Notes: generated from the sequence alone by a model not told the origin. Numbered from the stretch's first letter, positions 26,017 to 34,541 are shown. The stretch: 64,000 nucleotides of DNA from Limisphaerales bacterium (GCA_052145735.1 JBKQOA010000010.1:38169-102168), one strand, 5' to 3'. A program made the numbers and translations.

Positions 26017-26721
26017 TCAATGGCGGGGGCCGAAGACGCTGTCGAGGATGACTTCCTTGGCTTTCCAGAGGAGCGCCATGGTCATGGCCAGCGGCAGCAG
26101 GGCGAAAAAGGTCAAAGCCCAGAAACCGATGGATTGGAATTGAACAAAAAGCGCGCCGAGCGCCGGGGGCAGGCGTGGTTGGTGGAGCAGGACCACGTAG
26201 GCGATGCCGAGCAGCAGGATCGCGAAAAGCAGCCAGCAATTGAGCAGGGTGAACAAACGCGTTTCGTGGCGGAGGGTTTCATCCGGCAGCATGGCGCCCA
26301 GTTGTTTGAGCACGACATTCAAATTAAACAGGAAAAGCAGCGCCGACAGGGCGAGCACCGCAACCGCCGCGTTGAAGAAAGGTTGTTCGGGCATCTTGTT
26401 CTGCCAGTAAAGAAACGGACACAGGCCGAAATTGACGAGGCCAAGAAGTTTCGCGCGGTCGAGCGCATGGCGCCAGGGACGTTCCTGTTTTTGGAAATCA
26501 CCCATCTGCCGGAGGCCGTAGAGCAGCAGCCCGGTGCCGGCCAGCGTGGGCACAACGCCCAGCGGCCGGAGCCAGTCGGCGCGCGCGGTTTCCGCACAAA
26601 TGACCAGGGACGCGGGCAATCCCCAGAACAGGGCGGAGAGGCCGCGCGCCAGCCGCCCGAGCGAACGGAGCAGCGCGGCTTCGTTTCGGGTCCGGGCTTC
26701 GGGATTTTGGGTTTCGGTCAA
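26017..26721 (-). CDS. hypothetical polytopic membrane protein, coupled to speA
   Basis: 234-aa ORF with about six hydrophobic segments. Its start overlaps the speA stop codon region (26718-26721). Confidence 0.5.
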   Translation of the reverse strand: MTETQNPEARTRNEAALLRSLGRLARGLSALFWGLPASLVICAETARADWLRPLGVVPTLAGTGLLLYGLRQMGDFQKQERPWRHALDRAKLLGLVNFGLCPFLYWQNKMPEQPFFNAAVAVLALSALLFLFNLNVVLKQLGAMLPDETLRHETRLFTLLNCWLLFAILLLGIAYVVLLHQPRLPPALGALFVQFQSIGFWALTFFALLPLAMTMALLWKAKEVILDSVFGPRH

Positions 26722-28658
26722 AACGAGAGGTACGTATACGCCTTCAAACCGCGTTCGTAATCGTCGAGCAGCCGCATGGCCTCGGACGGTTTCATGCGGT
26801 CGGATTTGATGGCTTCGTCCATCTGCGCCTTCATCTGCCGCTTGAGTTCATTTTCGTCGTATTGCACCGCTGCGAGCGACTGGATGACGGTGTTGCCTTC
26901 GATGATTTCCTCGATGTAATAGCCGGTGGGTTCGTCGGGCTCGAGAAAGACGTGGACCTCGTTGACGCGGCCGAACAGGTTGTGCAGGTCGCCCATGATG
27001 TCCTGGTACGCGCCCATCAGGAAAAAGCCGAGGTAATACGGTTCGGGCAGGCCGTTGCCGTTGGTTTTAAGCTGGTGCAGCGGCAGCGTGTCGCGCACGT
27101 CCCGCAGATCGATGAACTTGCTGACCTGGCCGTCGGAATCGCACGTGATGTCCACGAGCGTGGCTTCGCGCGTGGGACGCTCGTTCAAACGGGCCACCGG
27201 CATGATGGGAAACAACTGGTCGAGCGCCCAGTGGTCGAGCAACGACTGGAAAACGGAAAAATTGCAAAGATACTGGTCGCCGAGGCTGTCCTCGAGCAGG
27301 CGGATCTCCTCCGGAGCATAAGCCTGGTCCTTGTAACTTTCCACCACGTCGCGGCTGATCTGCCAGTAAAGATTCTCGATTTTTGCCTTGTCGGGCAGAT
27401 CCAGGACGCCCAGCGTGAACATGTGCTGCGCGTCTTCGCGGCGTTCCAGCGCATCATGATAGGCTTCGAGCCGGTTTGACTTGGAAAGATTCTTTTTGAT
27501 GTCGACCAACTCCCTGACGAGCGGGTGCTCGTGGTCGCCGAATTTCAAAAATTCGCCGGGCCGGATTTTTTCAATCGCCCCGAACACCTCGACAATCAAA
27601 ACGCTGTGGTACGCGACGATGGCGCGGCCGCTTTCGCTGACAATGTCCGGGTGCGGCACATTTTCGGCATTGCACACGTCGGCCACGTAATAGACCACGT
27701 CATTGGTGTATTCCTGCAGCGTGTAATTCGTCGAGCTGTCGAACGCCGACCGGCTGCCGTCGTAGTCCACCCCCAGCCCGCCGCCGACGTCGAGATACGA
27801 AATCGGGAAACCCATCTTGTGCAGTTTGGCGTAGAGCCGGGCGGCCTCCTGCACCGCCTTCTTCACCGTGAGAATGTCCGGCACCTGCGAACCGATGTGG
27901 AAATGCAGCAGCTTGAGGCAATGGCCGAGATTTTCCGCCTTCAGCAATTCCGTCGCCTCCAGCAGTTCCGCCGTGCTCAGGCCGAACTTGGCGTTTTCGC
28001 CGCCGCTGCCGGCCCAGCGCCCCGCGCCCTTGCTCAGCAGCCGGGCGCGGATGCCGAGGTGCGGTTCGACCCCCGCCGATTTTGAAATGGCGATGATCTG
28101 GCGCAACTCCTCGAGTTTTTCAACGACCAGGATGACCGTTTTGCCCAGCTTGATGCCGAGCAGGGCCATCTTGATGAACTCCGCATCCTTGTAGCCATTG
28201 CAAATGATGAGGCTGCCCGGCTGGTTTTGCAGCGCCAGACCGGCGAACAGTTCCGGCTTGCTGCCGACCTCCAGGCCGAACTCGAACGGCTTGCCTGCAT
28301 CGAGGATTTCCTCCACGACCTCGCGCAGCTGGTTCACCTTGATGGGAAACACGCCGCGATACCGGCCTTTGTAGTTGTATTCCGTGATCGCGCCGCGAAA
28401 CGCCAGGTTGATGGACTCGACCCGGTGGCGCAGAATGTCCTGGAACCGGATGAGCAGCGGAAATTTCAGCCCGCGGGCCTTGGCCTCCTCGATCACGTCC
28501 GTCAAATCCACCGCCACGCCGGCGTCCTGCAACGGGCGCGCCACGACGTGTCCGGCCTCGTTGATGTCGTAATACTTCGCGCCCCAGCGGGGAATGTTGT
28601 ACAGGTTGCGCGCCGCTTCGATGTCCCACGGCGGCGCCCCATCGGTTGAATTGCTCAT
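26718..28658 (-). CDS. speA: biosynthetic arginine decarboxylase
   Basis: 646 aa. WDIEAARNLYNIPRWGAKYYDINEAGHV N-terminus, with a PLP-binding alanine-racemase-like barrel and C-terminal domain typical of SpeA. Confidence 0.92.
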   Translation of the reverse strand: MSNSTDGAPPWDIEAARNLYNIPRWGAKYYDINEAGHVVARPLQDAGVAVDLTDVIEEAKARGLKFPLLIRFQDILRHRVESINLAFRGAITEYNYKGRYRGVFPIKVNQLREVVEEILDAGKPFEFGLEVGSKPELFAGLALQNQPGSLIICNGYKDAEFIKMALLGIKLGKTVILVVEKLEELRQIIAISKSAGVEPHLGIRARLLSKGAGRWAGSGGENAKFGLSTAELLEATELLKAENLGHCLKLLHFHIGSQVPDILTVKKAVQEAARLYAKLHKMGFPISYLDVGGGLGVDYDGSRSAFDSSTNYTLQEYTNDVVYYVADVCNAENVPHPDIVSESGRAIVAYHSVLIVEVFGAIEKIRPGEFLKFGDHEHPLVRELVDIKKNLSKSNRLEAYHDALERREDAQHMFTLGVLDLPDKAKIENLYWQISRDVVESYKDQAYAPEEIRLLEDSLGDQYLCNFSVFQSLLDHWALDQLFPIMPVARLNERPTREATLVDITCDSDGQVSKFIDLRDVRDTLPLHQLKTNGNGLPEPYYLGFFLMGAYQDIMGDLHNLFGRVNEVHVFLEPDEPTGYYIEEIIEGNTVIQSLAAVQYDENELKRQMKAQMDEAIKSDRMKPSEAMRLLDDYERGLKAYTYLSF

Positions 28659-28681
28659 CTCAGTGAAATCAAATCAACCGA

Positions 28682-28734
28682 ACTATAAAATCCCCAGCGC
28701 AGAAATCAACAAGGGGAATGATAAATTTTTGCGG
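28682..28734 (-). promoter_or_regulatory. candidate sigma70-type promoter module upstream of speA
   Basis: The minus strand reads TTGATT-N16-TATAGT (plus coordinates: -10 at 28682-28687, -35 at 28704-28709). The -10 lies 24 nt from the ATG. An A-tract sits upstream. Near-identical to the module at 29195-29250. Confidence 0.45.
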
Positions 28735-28757
28735 CGAAATAATCGCCTTTGCAGAAC

Positions 28758-29171
28758 TTACCAGTCCACGACGCAGGGTTGCCGGGTGAACTGCGAGCTT
28801 TGCGCGGTGTATTGGTGGAACTCGATATCCGTTCCGTCGGGATCCTGGAACCAACATTGCCAGGTCTGGTCGCAGCCCTTCTTTTTCGCGGTCACCTTCA
28901 CCCCGCGCCGGATCAAGGCGTCCCGCATCGCGTCCAGGTCATCCACTTCCAGGCAGAGATGATGGATCCGCTGTGGGCCGGCGGTTTCCCCCGGGCCGGC
29001 CTTGAAGATTTCGATGAATTGATTCGGGTTGATCTGGAGATAAAATCCGAACAGCTCGCCGTTCTTCATGAAATCAAAGTGCCGGCGCAATCCGAGCGCC
29101 CCGCAATAGAAATCCAGGCTGCGATTCAGGTCCTTCGAAAAAATGCATGCATGAGCCAGGGTCTTGATCAT
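28758..29171 (-). CDS. VOC-family (glyoxalase/bleomycin-resistance/dioxygenase) protein
   Basis: 137 aa. MIKTLAHACIFSKDLNRSLDFYCGALGL...HLCLEVDDLD...FQDPDGTDIEF. Confidence 0.8.
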   Translation of the reverse strand: MIKTLAHACIFSKDLNRSLDFYCGALGLRRHFDFMKNGELFGFYLQINPNQFIEIFKAGPGETAGPQRIHHLCLEVDDLDAMRDALIRRGVKVTAKKKGCDQTWQCWFQDPDGTDIEFHQYTAQSSQFTRQPCVVDW

Positions 29172-29194
29172 AAATTTATACTTGAAACGGGGGC

Positions 29195-29250
29195 ACTATA
29201 AAATCCTTGGCGCAGAAAGCAACCAGCGGAACGGACATTTTTTTGTAGGA
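29195..29250 (-). promoter_or_regulatory. candidate sigma70-type promoter module upstream of the VOC gene
   Basis: The minus strand reads TTGCTT-N16-TATAGT (plus coordinates: -10 at 29195-29200, -35 at 29217-29222). The -10 again lies 24 nt from the ATG. 24 of 28 nt are identical to the speA module. Confidence 0.45.
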
Positions 29251-29404
29251 GCCGAGGTGACGAGGTTCAAAATTCCCAAACCCCAGACCCAAATCAGTGA
29301 GAGACTCCTCGCGTCGTCTCCTGCCAAAACACGAACGGTTTTGCGGGTGTCTGGTTCCGGGGCGTGAAAACCACTGCGCTTCCGCGCCGGCAAGGAGACG
29401 AACA

Positions 29405-29464
29405 GAAGGCAACGAAAGGGACGAAGAAAGAAATGCCCGGTCTTGGTTTGCTTCGTTTTCTTCT
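29405..29464. repeat. hairpin repeat element (GGCAACGAA / TTTGCTTCG family)
   Basis: gaaggcaacgaaagggacgaagaaagaaa (29405-29433) and ggtttgcttcgttttcttct (29445-29464) are approximate reverse complements. Second copy of the family seen at 14843-14923. Confidence 0.6.
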
Positions 29465-29534
29465 ATAAAAGTTTTTGCCTTCGCAACAAGGATTTGCGCC
29501 TTGCGTCGGCGCACGCTTTTGTTTTCATTCCGCC

Positions 29535-30296
29535 ATGCCGAAAGTTTCACTGAACGCCATCGTCCAATATTGCGATGTCCTGCTGCGCACCGACAAAATC
29601 GGCGACTACGACGGCGCGGTGAACGGGCTGCAGGTGGCCAATCGCGGCGGCGTCACGCGTATCGCCGCCGCCGTGGACGCCAGCCTGGCCACGGTAAGGC
29701 TGGCGATCGCCGCCGGGGCCGACTTGCTCATCGTCCATCACGGATTGTTCTGGGGGCCGATGCATCCGTGGACGGACAGAAAATACGAGCTGCTCCGGCT
29801 GTTGATTGAAAACGACCTGGCGGTTTACAGCTCGCACCTGCCGCTGGATGTGCATCCCAAATTCGGCAACAACGCGCAACTTTGCGCCGAGCTCGGCTTG
29901 AAACGGCTCAAGCCGTTCTTCCTGACGCACGGCCAGACCATCGGCTTCAAATCGCCGACCCGGATTTCCCGGGCCGGACTGGCCGCCAGACTCGCGCGCG
30001 CCACCGGCGTCAGGCCGCGGATCATTCCCGGCGGCCCGGAACTTTGCCGGCGCATCGGGGTCGTGACGGGCGGGGCGGGCGGCGATTTGAAACTGGCGGC
30101 GGCGGAGGGCGTGGACACCTTCGTCACCGGCGAAGGCCCGCACTGGACTTACGCGCTGGCGGAGGAATTGGGCATCAACGTGCTTTACGGCGGCCATTAC
30201 GCGACGGAAACCTTCGGCGTGAAGGCGCTGGCGGCCGGGTTGTCGAAAAAATTCAGGGTGCCGTGGGATTTTCTCGATCACCCGACGGGGCTTTGA
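29535..30296 (+). CDS. Nif3-like dinuclear metal centre protein (GTP cyclohydrolase 1 type 2 homolog)
   Basis: ATG at 29535 (MPKVSLNAIVQYCDVLLRTDKIGDYDGAVNGLQV). Contains LLIVHHGLFW and GGHYATETFG motifs. Confidence 0.87.
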   Translation: MPKVSLNAIVQYCDVLLRTDKIGDYDGAVNGLQVANRGGVTRIAAAVDASLATVRLAIAAGADLLIVHHGLFWGPMHPWTDRKYELLRLLIENDLAVYSSHLPLDVHPKFGNNAQLCAELGLKRLKPFFLTHGQTIGFKSPTRISRAGLAARLARATGVRPRIIPGGPELCRRIGVVTGGAGGDLKLAAAEGVDTFVTGEGPHWTYALAEELGINVLYGGHYATETFGVKALAAGLSKKFRVPWDFLDHPTGL

Positions 30297-30321
30297 CATC
30301 CGGCCTATGGCAGATCACAAA

Positions 30322-30428
30322 AACATTGGCACATGGGTCGTTGGAAGGGTTGGTAGGGCGGCGCTGCTGCGCCGCCAGGTTCGGCTGACCAGCAGGTCAG
30401 CCCTACCACTGCAATTTGTGCCAATGTT
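30322..30428. repeat. 107-nt multi-stem palindromic element between convergent nif3-like and dinG genes
   Basis: Outer 12-bp perfect stem aacattggcaca (30322-30333) / tgtgccaatgtt (30417-30428). Second stem ggtaggg / ccctacc. Two inner perfect hairpins: ggcggcgc-tgct-gcgccgcc (30357-30376) and ctgacc-agca-ggtcag (30385-30400). Confidence 0.65.
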
Positions 30429-30485
30429 AATTGAAACTGCTATAGGGCTGCGACGGATGGACGGTGGTTCCGACGGTTACACGAA

Positions 30486-32639
30486 TTAAACAATTTCCAC
30501 CGGACACTTTGGCAGCGCATCGAGGAAGGTCTGCCCGTATTGCTTGGTGAGCACGCGATTGTCCAGCACGACAATGATGCCGGTGTCGGTGTTGGTCCGG
30601 ATCAGCCGGCCGACGCCCTGGCGGAATTTCAAAACCGCCTCGGGCAGGGAGAATTCGCCGAAGGAGTTCCCGCCGCGCGCCTCGATGGCCTCGATGCGCG
30701 CCTCGATGAGCGGGTGATCCGGCACGGCAAACGGCAGCCGCGTGATGATGACGTTGCTCAACGCCTCGCCCGGCACGTCCACGCCCTGCCAGAAACTGTC
30801 CGTGCCGAACAACACCGAATCCACGTCGTCCTTGAATTTTTCCAGCATGGTCGAGCGCGGAGTGCCGGTGCCCTGCACGAAGCAGGCGACACCCAGTCGG
30901 TTGAAAAACGGCTCCATCCGTTCACCCAACTCCCGCATGAGCTTGTAGTTCGTGAACAGGACGAACGCCTTGCCGTGCGTCTGCTTCACAAAATGCGCGA
31001 TCCAATGTTCGAGCGCGTCGGCATATCCGGCCTCACGCGGATCGGGCATCTTGCTGGCGACGAACAATTTCATCTGCCGCTCATAATCGAACGGCGTGCC
31101 GACCTGAAGCAGGGTGGCGGATTCAGCGCCAATGCGCCGGGCAAAATAATTCAACGGGGAGTTCGCAGTTTTCAGTTTCAGGTTTTCAGACCGTCCACGC
31201 AAGGTTCCGCCACTTGAAACTGAGGACTTGAAACTTGAAACTCCCAAGGTTGCGCTGGTCATGATGATGCTGGTATCGCTCTCGAACAGCCGCCGGCGCA
31301 GAAATTCCGCCACGTCAACCGGCGCGGCATTCAACGCAAGATTTTTATGCGCCTTGCCGCCGCGCTCCACCCAGTACACGTGGTCGCCCGCGCTTTGCTC
31401 GAGGAAGGCCTTCACCTCTTCACGCAGCTCGGCCAGGCGGCGGTTGCATTCCACCAGTTCCTGTCCGATGTCCTTGTCCTCGCTCAATTTGATCAGGTTG
31501 CTGACGGCCTCTCGCAGGCGCTGGAGCGGCAACGTGAGATTGTCCGGCACCAGTCCGGCGCGGCGGATGCGCAATTCCGTCCACGCGCGTCGGCGGCCGC
31601 CCGCTTCCCCGCCGCCAAAGCGGTCGCGCCCGGCATTTTTCTGGATTTCATCGCACGTGGCTTCGACGTTTTCGAAGAATTTATCCGCCGCTTCAAGCAA
31701 ATCGGCCGCGAGCTTCACCGCGGCACCTTTGCGCAGGGTGGCCAGCAGGCCTTTTTCAGTGCGGGGATTCCACAGCCGGTTCAGTGCGTAATGCACCTGT
31801 CCGCTCGACACGCTCAAGCCGATGTGTTTCGAGGCAACCTGTTCCATCTGATGCGCCTCATCGAAAATCACGAAATCGTTTTTGAACAGGATGCCGCCTT
31901 CCTGCTCTTCTTCGATGCCGCCGAGCAGCGTGAAAAACAGGGTGTGATTCAGCACCAGCACGTCTGAGGAGAGGAACCGGTTCCGCGCCCGCTGGAAAAA
32001 GCAGACGCCATGGTCTTTGGCAAAGTCCGACGGGAAACCGCAGATTTTCGGCGAACAGAGTCCGCGCTCGGAACAAACCTGCGCCCAGACCTTCGGGTCC
32101 GGTTCGACGTCAAAATCCGAGAGGCTGCCGTCCGTGGTTTCCTTTGCCCATTCGGCGATACGACGCAATTCTTCAGACTCGGAAGAAGTAAAAAGGTTGC
32201 CGGACTGCTGCATCGCCTTGTGCAGCCGGCGGGTGCAAAGATAGTTCGCGCGCCCTTTGAGCATGGAGAAACTGAATTTGACCGGTTCGGGCAACGTGCC
32301 GAACAGGCCGGCCAACATCGGCAGGTCTTTTTCCGTGAGCTGCTCCTGCAGATTGATGGTGTGGGTGGCAATGACGGCCTTTTTCCGGTTCGCCACCGCG
32401 AACAAAATCGCCGGAATCAGGTAGGCCAACGATTTGCCGACGCCGGTGCCAGCCTCGACGGCGAGATGTCCGCGGTTTTGCAGCGCGCGCGCCACGGCCA
32501 TGGCCATCTGCTGTTGTTGCGGGCGGAATTCAAAATTTTTCGCCCGCGAAAGCACCCCGGTCGGCGAAAAAATTGCCTCGACCTGGGTGACCAGGTCAAC
32601 GCCCGCCCCGGCGGGCTGATGTTCAATGGCGGAAATCAT
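30486..32639 (-). CDS. dinG: ATP-dependent DNA helicase, DinG/Rad3-like
   Basis: 717 aa. Walker A AGTGVGKS, DEAH-type box FDEAHQ, and C-terminal helicase motifs (VLFGTDSFWQGVDVPG, VGRLIRT). Confidence 0.85.
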   Translation of the reverse strand: MISAIEHQPAGAGVDLVTQVEAIFSPTGVLSRAKNFEFRPQQQQMAMAVARALQNRGHLAVEAGTGVGKSLAYLIPAILFAVANRKKAVIATHTINLQEQLTEKDLPMLAGLFGTLPEPVKFSFSMLKGRANYLCTRRLHKAMQQSGNLFTSSESEELRRIAEWAKETTDGSLSDFDVEPDPKVWAQVCSERGLCSPKICGFPSDFAKDHGVCFFQRARNRFLSSDVLVLNHTLFFTLLGGIEEEQEGGILFKNDFVIFDEAHQMEQVASKHIGLSVSSGQVHYALNRLWNPRTEKGLLATLRKGAAVKLAADLLEAADKFFENVEATCDEIQKNAGRDRFGGGEAGGRRRAWTELRIRRAGLVPDNLTLPLQRLREAVSNLIKLSEDKDIGQELVECNRRLAELREEVKAFLEQSAGDHVYWVERGGKAHKNLALNAAPVDVAEFLRRRLFESDTSIIMTSATLGVSSFKSSVSSGGTLRGRSENLKLKTANSPLNYFARRIGAESATLLQVGTPFDYERQMKLFVASKMPDPREAGYADALEHWIAHFVKQTHGKAFVLFTNYKLMRELGERMEPFFNRLGVACFVQGTGTPRSTMLEKFKDDVDSVLFGTDSFWQGVDVPGEALSNVIITRLPFAVPDHPLIEARIEAIEARGGNSFGEFSLPEAVLKFRQGVGRLIRTNTDTGIIVVLDNRVLTKQYGQTFLDALPKCPVEIV
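31168..31241. repeat. in-frame hairpin element (GTTTCAG / CTTGAAA heptamers) inside dinG
   Basis: Arms gttttcagtttcaggttttcag (31168-31189) and cttgaaactgaggacttgaaacttgaaac (31213-31241). Encodes SSFKSSVSSGGTLRGRSENLKLKT. Confidence 0.7.
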
Positions 32640-32643
32640 CGGG

Positions 32644-33549
32644 TCATAGTGGCCGGCTGTTTAAAACCACCTGCAGGGTTGTCGTCTGGCCGGGCGGCAG
32701 CGAAAGCCGGTTTTGCTTCACGTTGCCGGATTCCACACAAACCATGCGCTGGTGTTCCGCCGGACCGAAGTCGGCGGGCATTTTCTGCGTCGTCCACGGA
32801 TTCCAGATGACCGTCGAGCGGGAGTTGAATTTCTCCACGCGAATCGTCCGCCGGAGATTTTGGTCGCGGATTTCCACCGCGCCCGTCGCATCCGGGTAAA
32901 CCCGGTTCGTTTCCTGCATGATGCGGAGGAGAGAATTGTTTTCCACCTTGCGCGCGCCGCCGGCACCCGCCGCGTGGTCCAGGAAGGGCGCGCCTTGCAA
33001 CCCGGTGAGGGAAACCTCGCGAATATTGCCGACGGAAAAATACGTGTGCAGACAATTCTCAAATTCAAAATTCCGGTCCGGGGAGCGGTTGGTGACCACC
33101 AGGGCCATGGTCAGTTGGTCGGTGACGGTGACAATGAATTCCGCGTGGTACGGCGGCCATGATTCCGCGGCTTTGGTCCTTGGCAGATGGAACCTGACTT
33201 TCACGGCGCCGTCGGGGGCGACGGTCGTTTCGATCATTTCCCATTCCGTGATCCGTGCGAACCCGTGCGCCACATCGCCCGGGCGCAGGCCGAACCACGG
33301 AAAACAGATGGGCACGCCGCCGCGAATCGCCTTGCCGGCGGCGAAATGGCTGCGCCCGCTCAGGAACAACAGCGGCGGCTCGCTGTTTTTCTGGAAACCG
33401 GTGACGTGCGCGCCGTGCAGATAAATTTCCGCCGTGCTCCGGTCGGTCCTGGCGTTGATTTTGGTCAAGCCGCCGTGGCCCCTGGCAAACGCGACCCGGT
33501 TGGGAATTTCAAATTTTCGCAACCGTTCAGGAATGTCTTTGATTTCCAT
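32644..33549 (-). CDS. D-hexose-6-phosphate mutarotase (aldose 1-epimerase family)
   Basis: ATG at 33549 (MEIKDIPERLRKFEIP). GGVPICFPWFG motif. The 412-aa track ORF is an upstream extension. Confidence 0.85.
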   Translation of the reverse strand: MEIKDIPERLRKFEIPNRVAFARGHGGLTKINARTDRSTAEIYLHGAHVTGFQKNSEPPLLFLSGRSHFAAGKAIRGGVPICFPWFGLRPGDVAHGFARITEWEMIETTVAPDGAVKVRFHLPRTKAAESWPPYHAEFIVTVTDQLTMALVVTNRSPDRNFEFENCLHTYFSVGNIREVSLTGLQGAPFLDHAAGAGGARKVENNSLLRIMQETNRVYPDATGAVEIRDQNLRRTIRVEKFNSRSTVIWNPWTTQKMPADFGPAEHQRMVCVESGNVKQNRLSLPPGQTTTLQVVLNSRPL

Positions 33550-33619
33550 AAAAAGCGCGGACAGTGTATCACAAACAGCCGGTTGGAGCAGGCTTTTTGT
33601 CACTGCCGAAATCGGGCGG

Positions 33620-33657
33620 AAAAGCAAAAGGCACGTCCCGGATTGGGAACGTGCCCG
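33620..33657 (-). terminator. rho-independent terminator after the triple-repeat protein gene
   Basis: The minus strand reads gggcacgttcc-caatcc-gggacgtgcc (10-bp stem including one G-U pair), followed by ttttgctttt. Confidence 0.7.
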
Positions 33658-33676
33658 ATGAATTGGACGGGCTTGA

Positions 33677-34516
33677 TTATGGCGTCGTGGGCTGGGCGGC
33701 GGTCGTATCCGATTGCTGCGGGGTCCCGGCCGGCGAGATCCGGTTCGCCACATTGACGCCGTTGATCTCGTCGTAGCTGAAGACCAGCTTGTCGTTCGGC
33801 TTGAGATCAGCCAGTTGCCCGCCGATTTTGCCATTGATGACAATGGCGCAGTTGTCGCCCAGGGTGAATTTCTTCGTATCAAACAGCGTCTTGGCCTTGA
33901 CGGTCTTTGCTTCGAGATCTATCGCCGTCAGCGAACCGGTGAACGTCTCACTTGTTTGCGCGATCCTCCGCGCGATCAGCTTGTCGTTCGGGGTTTCATA
34001 AGTCACCGTGACGTAATTGCCGGTCTGGATGTCGGCCAGCGTGCCCGGCTTGTAATCGCGGAGCATTACTTTGCAGCCGTCGGCAATTTGAAACGTCCGG
34101 TCCATGCTCCGGCTGTGGAGGGTCAAGGTGCGTCCGACCGGGTCGAAGTCCTTTACAGTGCCTTCGTAAGCCATCGGTTGCTGGGCGACGCGGTTCGCCA
34201 CCCGCACGTCGTGCGCTTCCTGGTAAACCACCTTGACCCGCTGGCCCGGGCGCAAATCACTGATGGCCCCCGTGCTTTTGTCCGCCAGCGTGTAGGTGCA
34301 GTCGTCGCCCAGATTGAACGACCTGGTCAGAAAAACTCCTTTCACACCCAGCGTGCGTTCTTTCGTGTCAACGGACATGACCATGCCGGTGTAGGATTTG
34401 TGTGGCAACGCCGCCGCCGCGTCGTCCGCCGATGACTTGAGTGCTCCCGCCATCGTCAGCAACGACACGCCAATAATTGTCCAGATGCGTATTGCGTTCG
34501 TTTTCATAATAATCAT
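33677..34516 (-). CDS. secreted protein made of three tandem ~70-aa repeats
   Basis: Signal peptide MKTNAIRIWTIIGVSLLTMAGALKSSA. Three units each carry the pattern Y/F-xG-...-F-x-(L/I)-(G/A)-D-x-C-...-L-(A/S)-D-(L/I)-...-V-...-VANR(V/I). Confidence 0.55.
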   Translation of the reverse strand: MIIMKTNAIRIWTIIGVSLLTMAGALKSSADDAAAALPHKSYTGMVMSVDTKERTLGVKGVFLTRSFNLGDDCTYTLADKSTGAISDLRPGQRVKVVYQEAHDVRVANRVAQQPMAYEGTVKDFDPVGRTLTLHSRSMDRTFQIADGCKVMLRDYKPGTLADIQTGNYVTVTYETPNDKLIARRIAQTSETFTGSLTAIDLEAKTVKAKTLFDTKKFTLGDNCAIVINGKIGGQLADLKPNDKLVFSYDEINGVNVANRISPAGTPQQSDTTAAQPTTP

Positions 34517-34541
34517 TGGAGAACTCTAACCGGGATGGCGT

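Noticed and set aside
25919-26239. N-terminal extensions of several track ORFs. Examples: aminotransferase to 26239, murJ to 17311, mutarotase to 33882, TMTC-like gene to 8188, ispE from 13838, HIT from 23897, CHAD from 39275.
   Set aside because: The extensions overlap neighbouring genes or are low complexity. Internal ATGs reproduce canonical family N-termini, and each was checked against the DNA.
29490-29530. Hairpin gcgcc-ttgcgtc-ggcgc followed by cttttgtttt just upstream of the nif3-like start (possible attenuator).
   Set aside because: The stem is only 5 bp and is separated from the T-run by 4 nt, with no leader peptide or competing structure evident. This is too weak to call.
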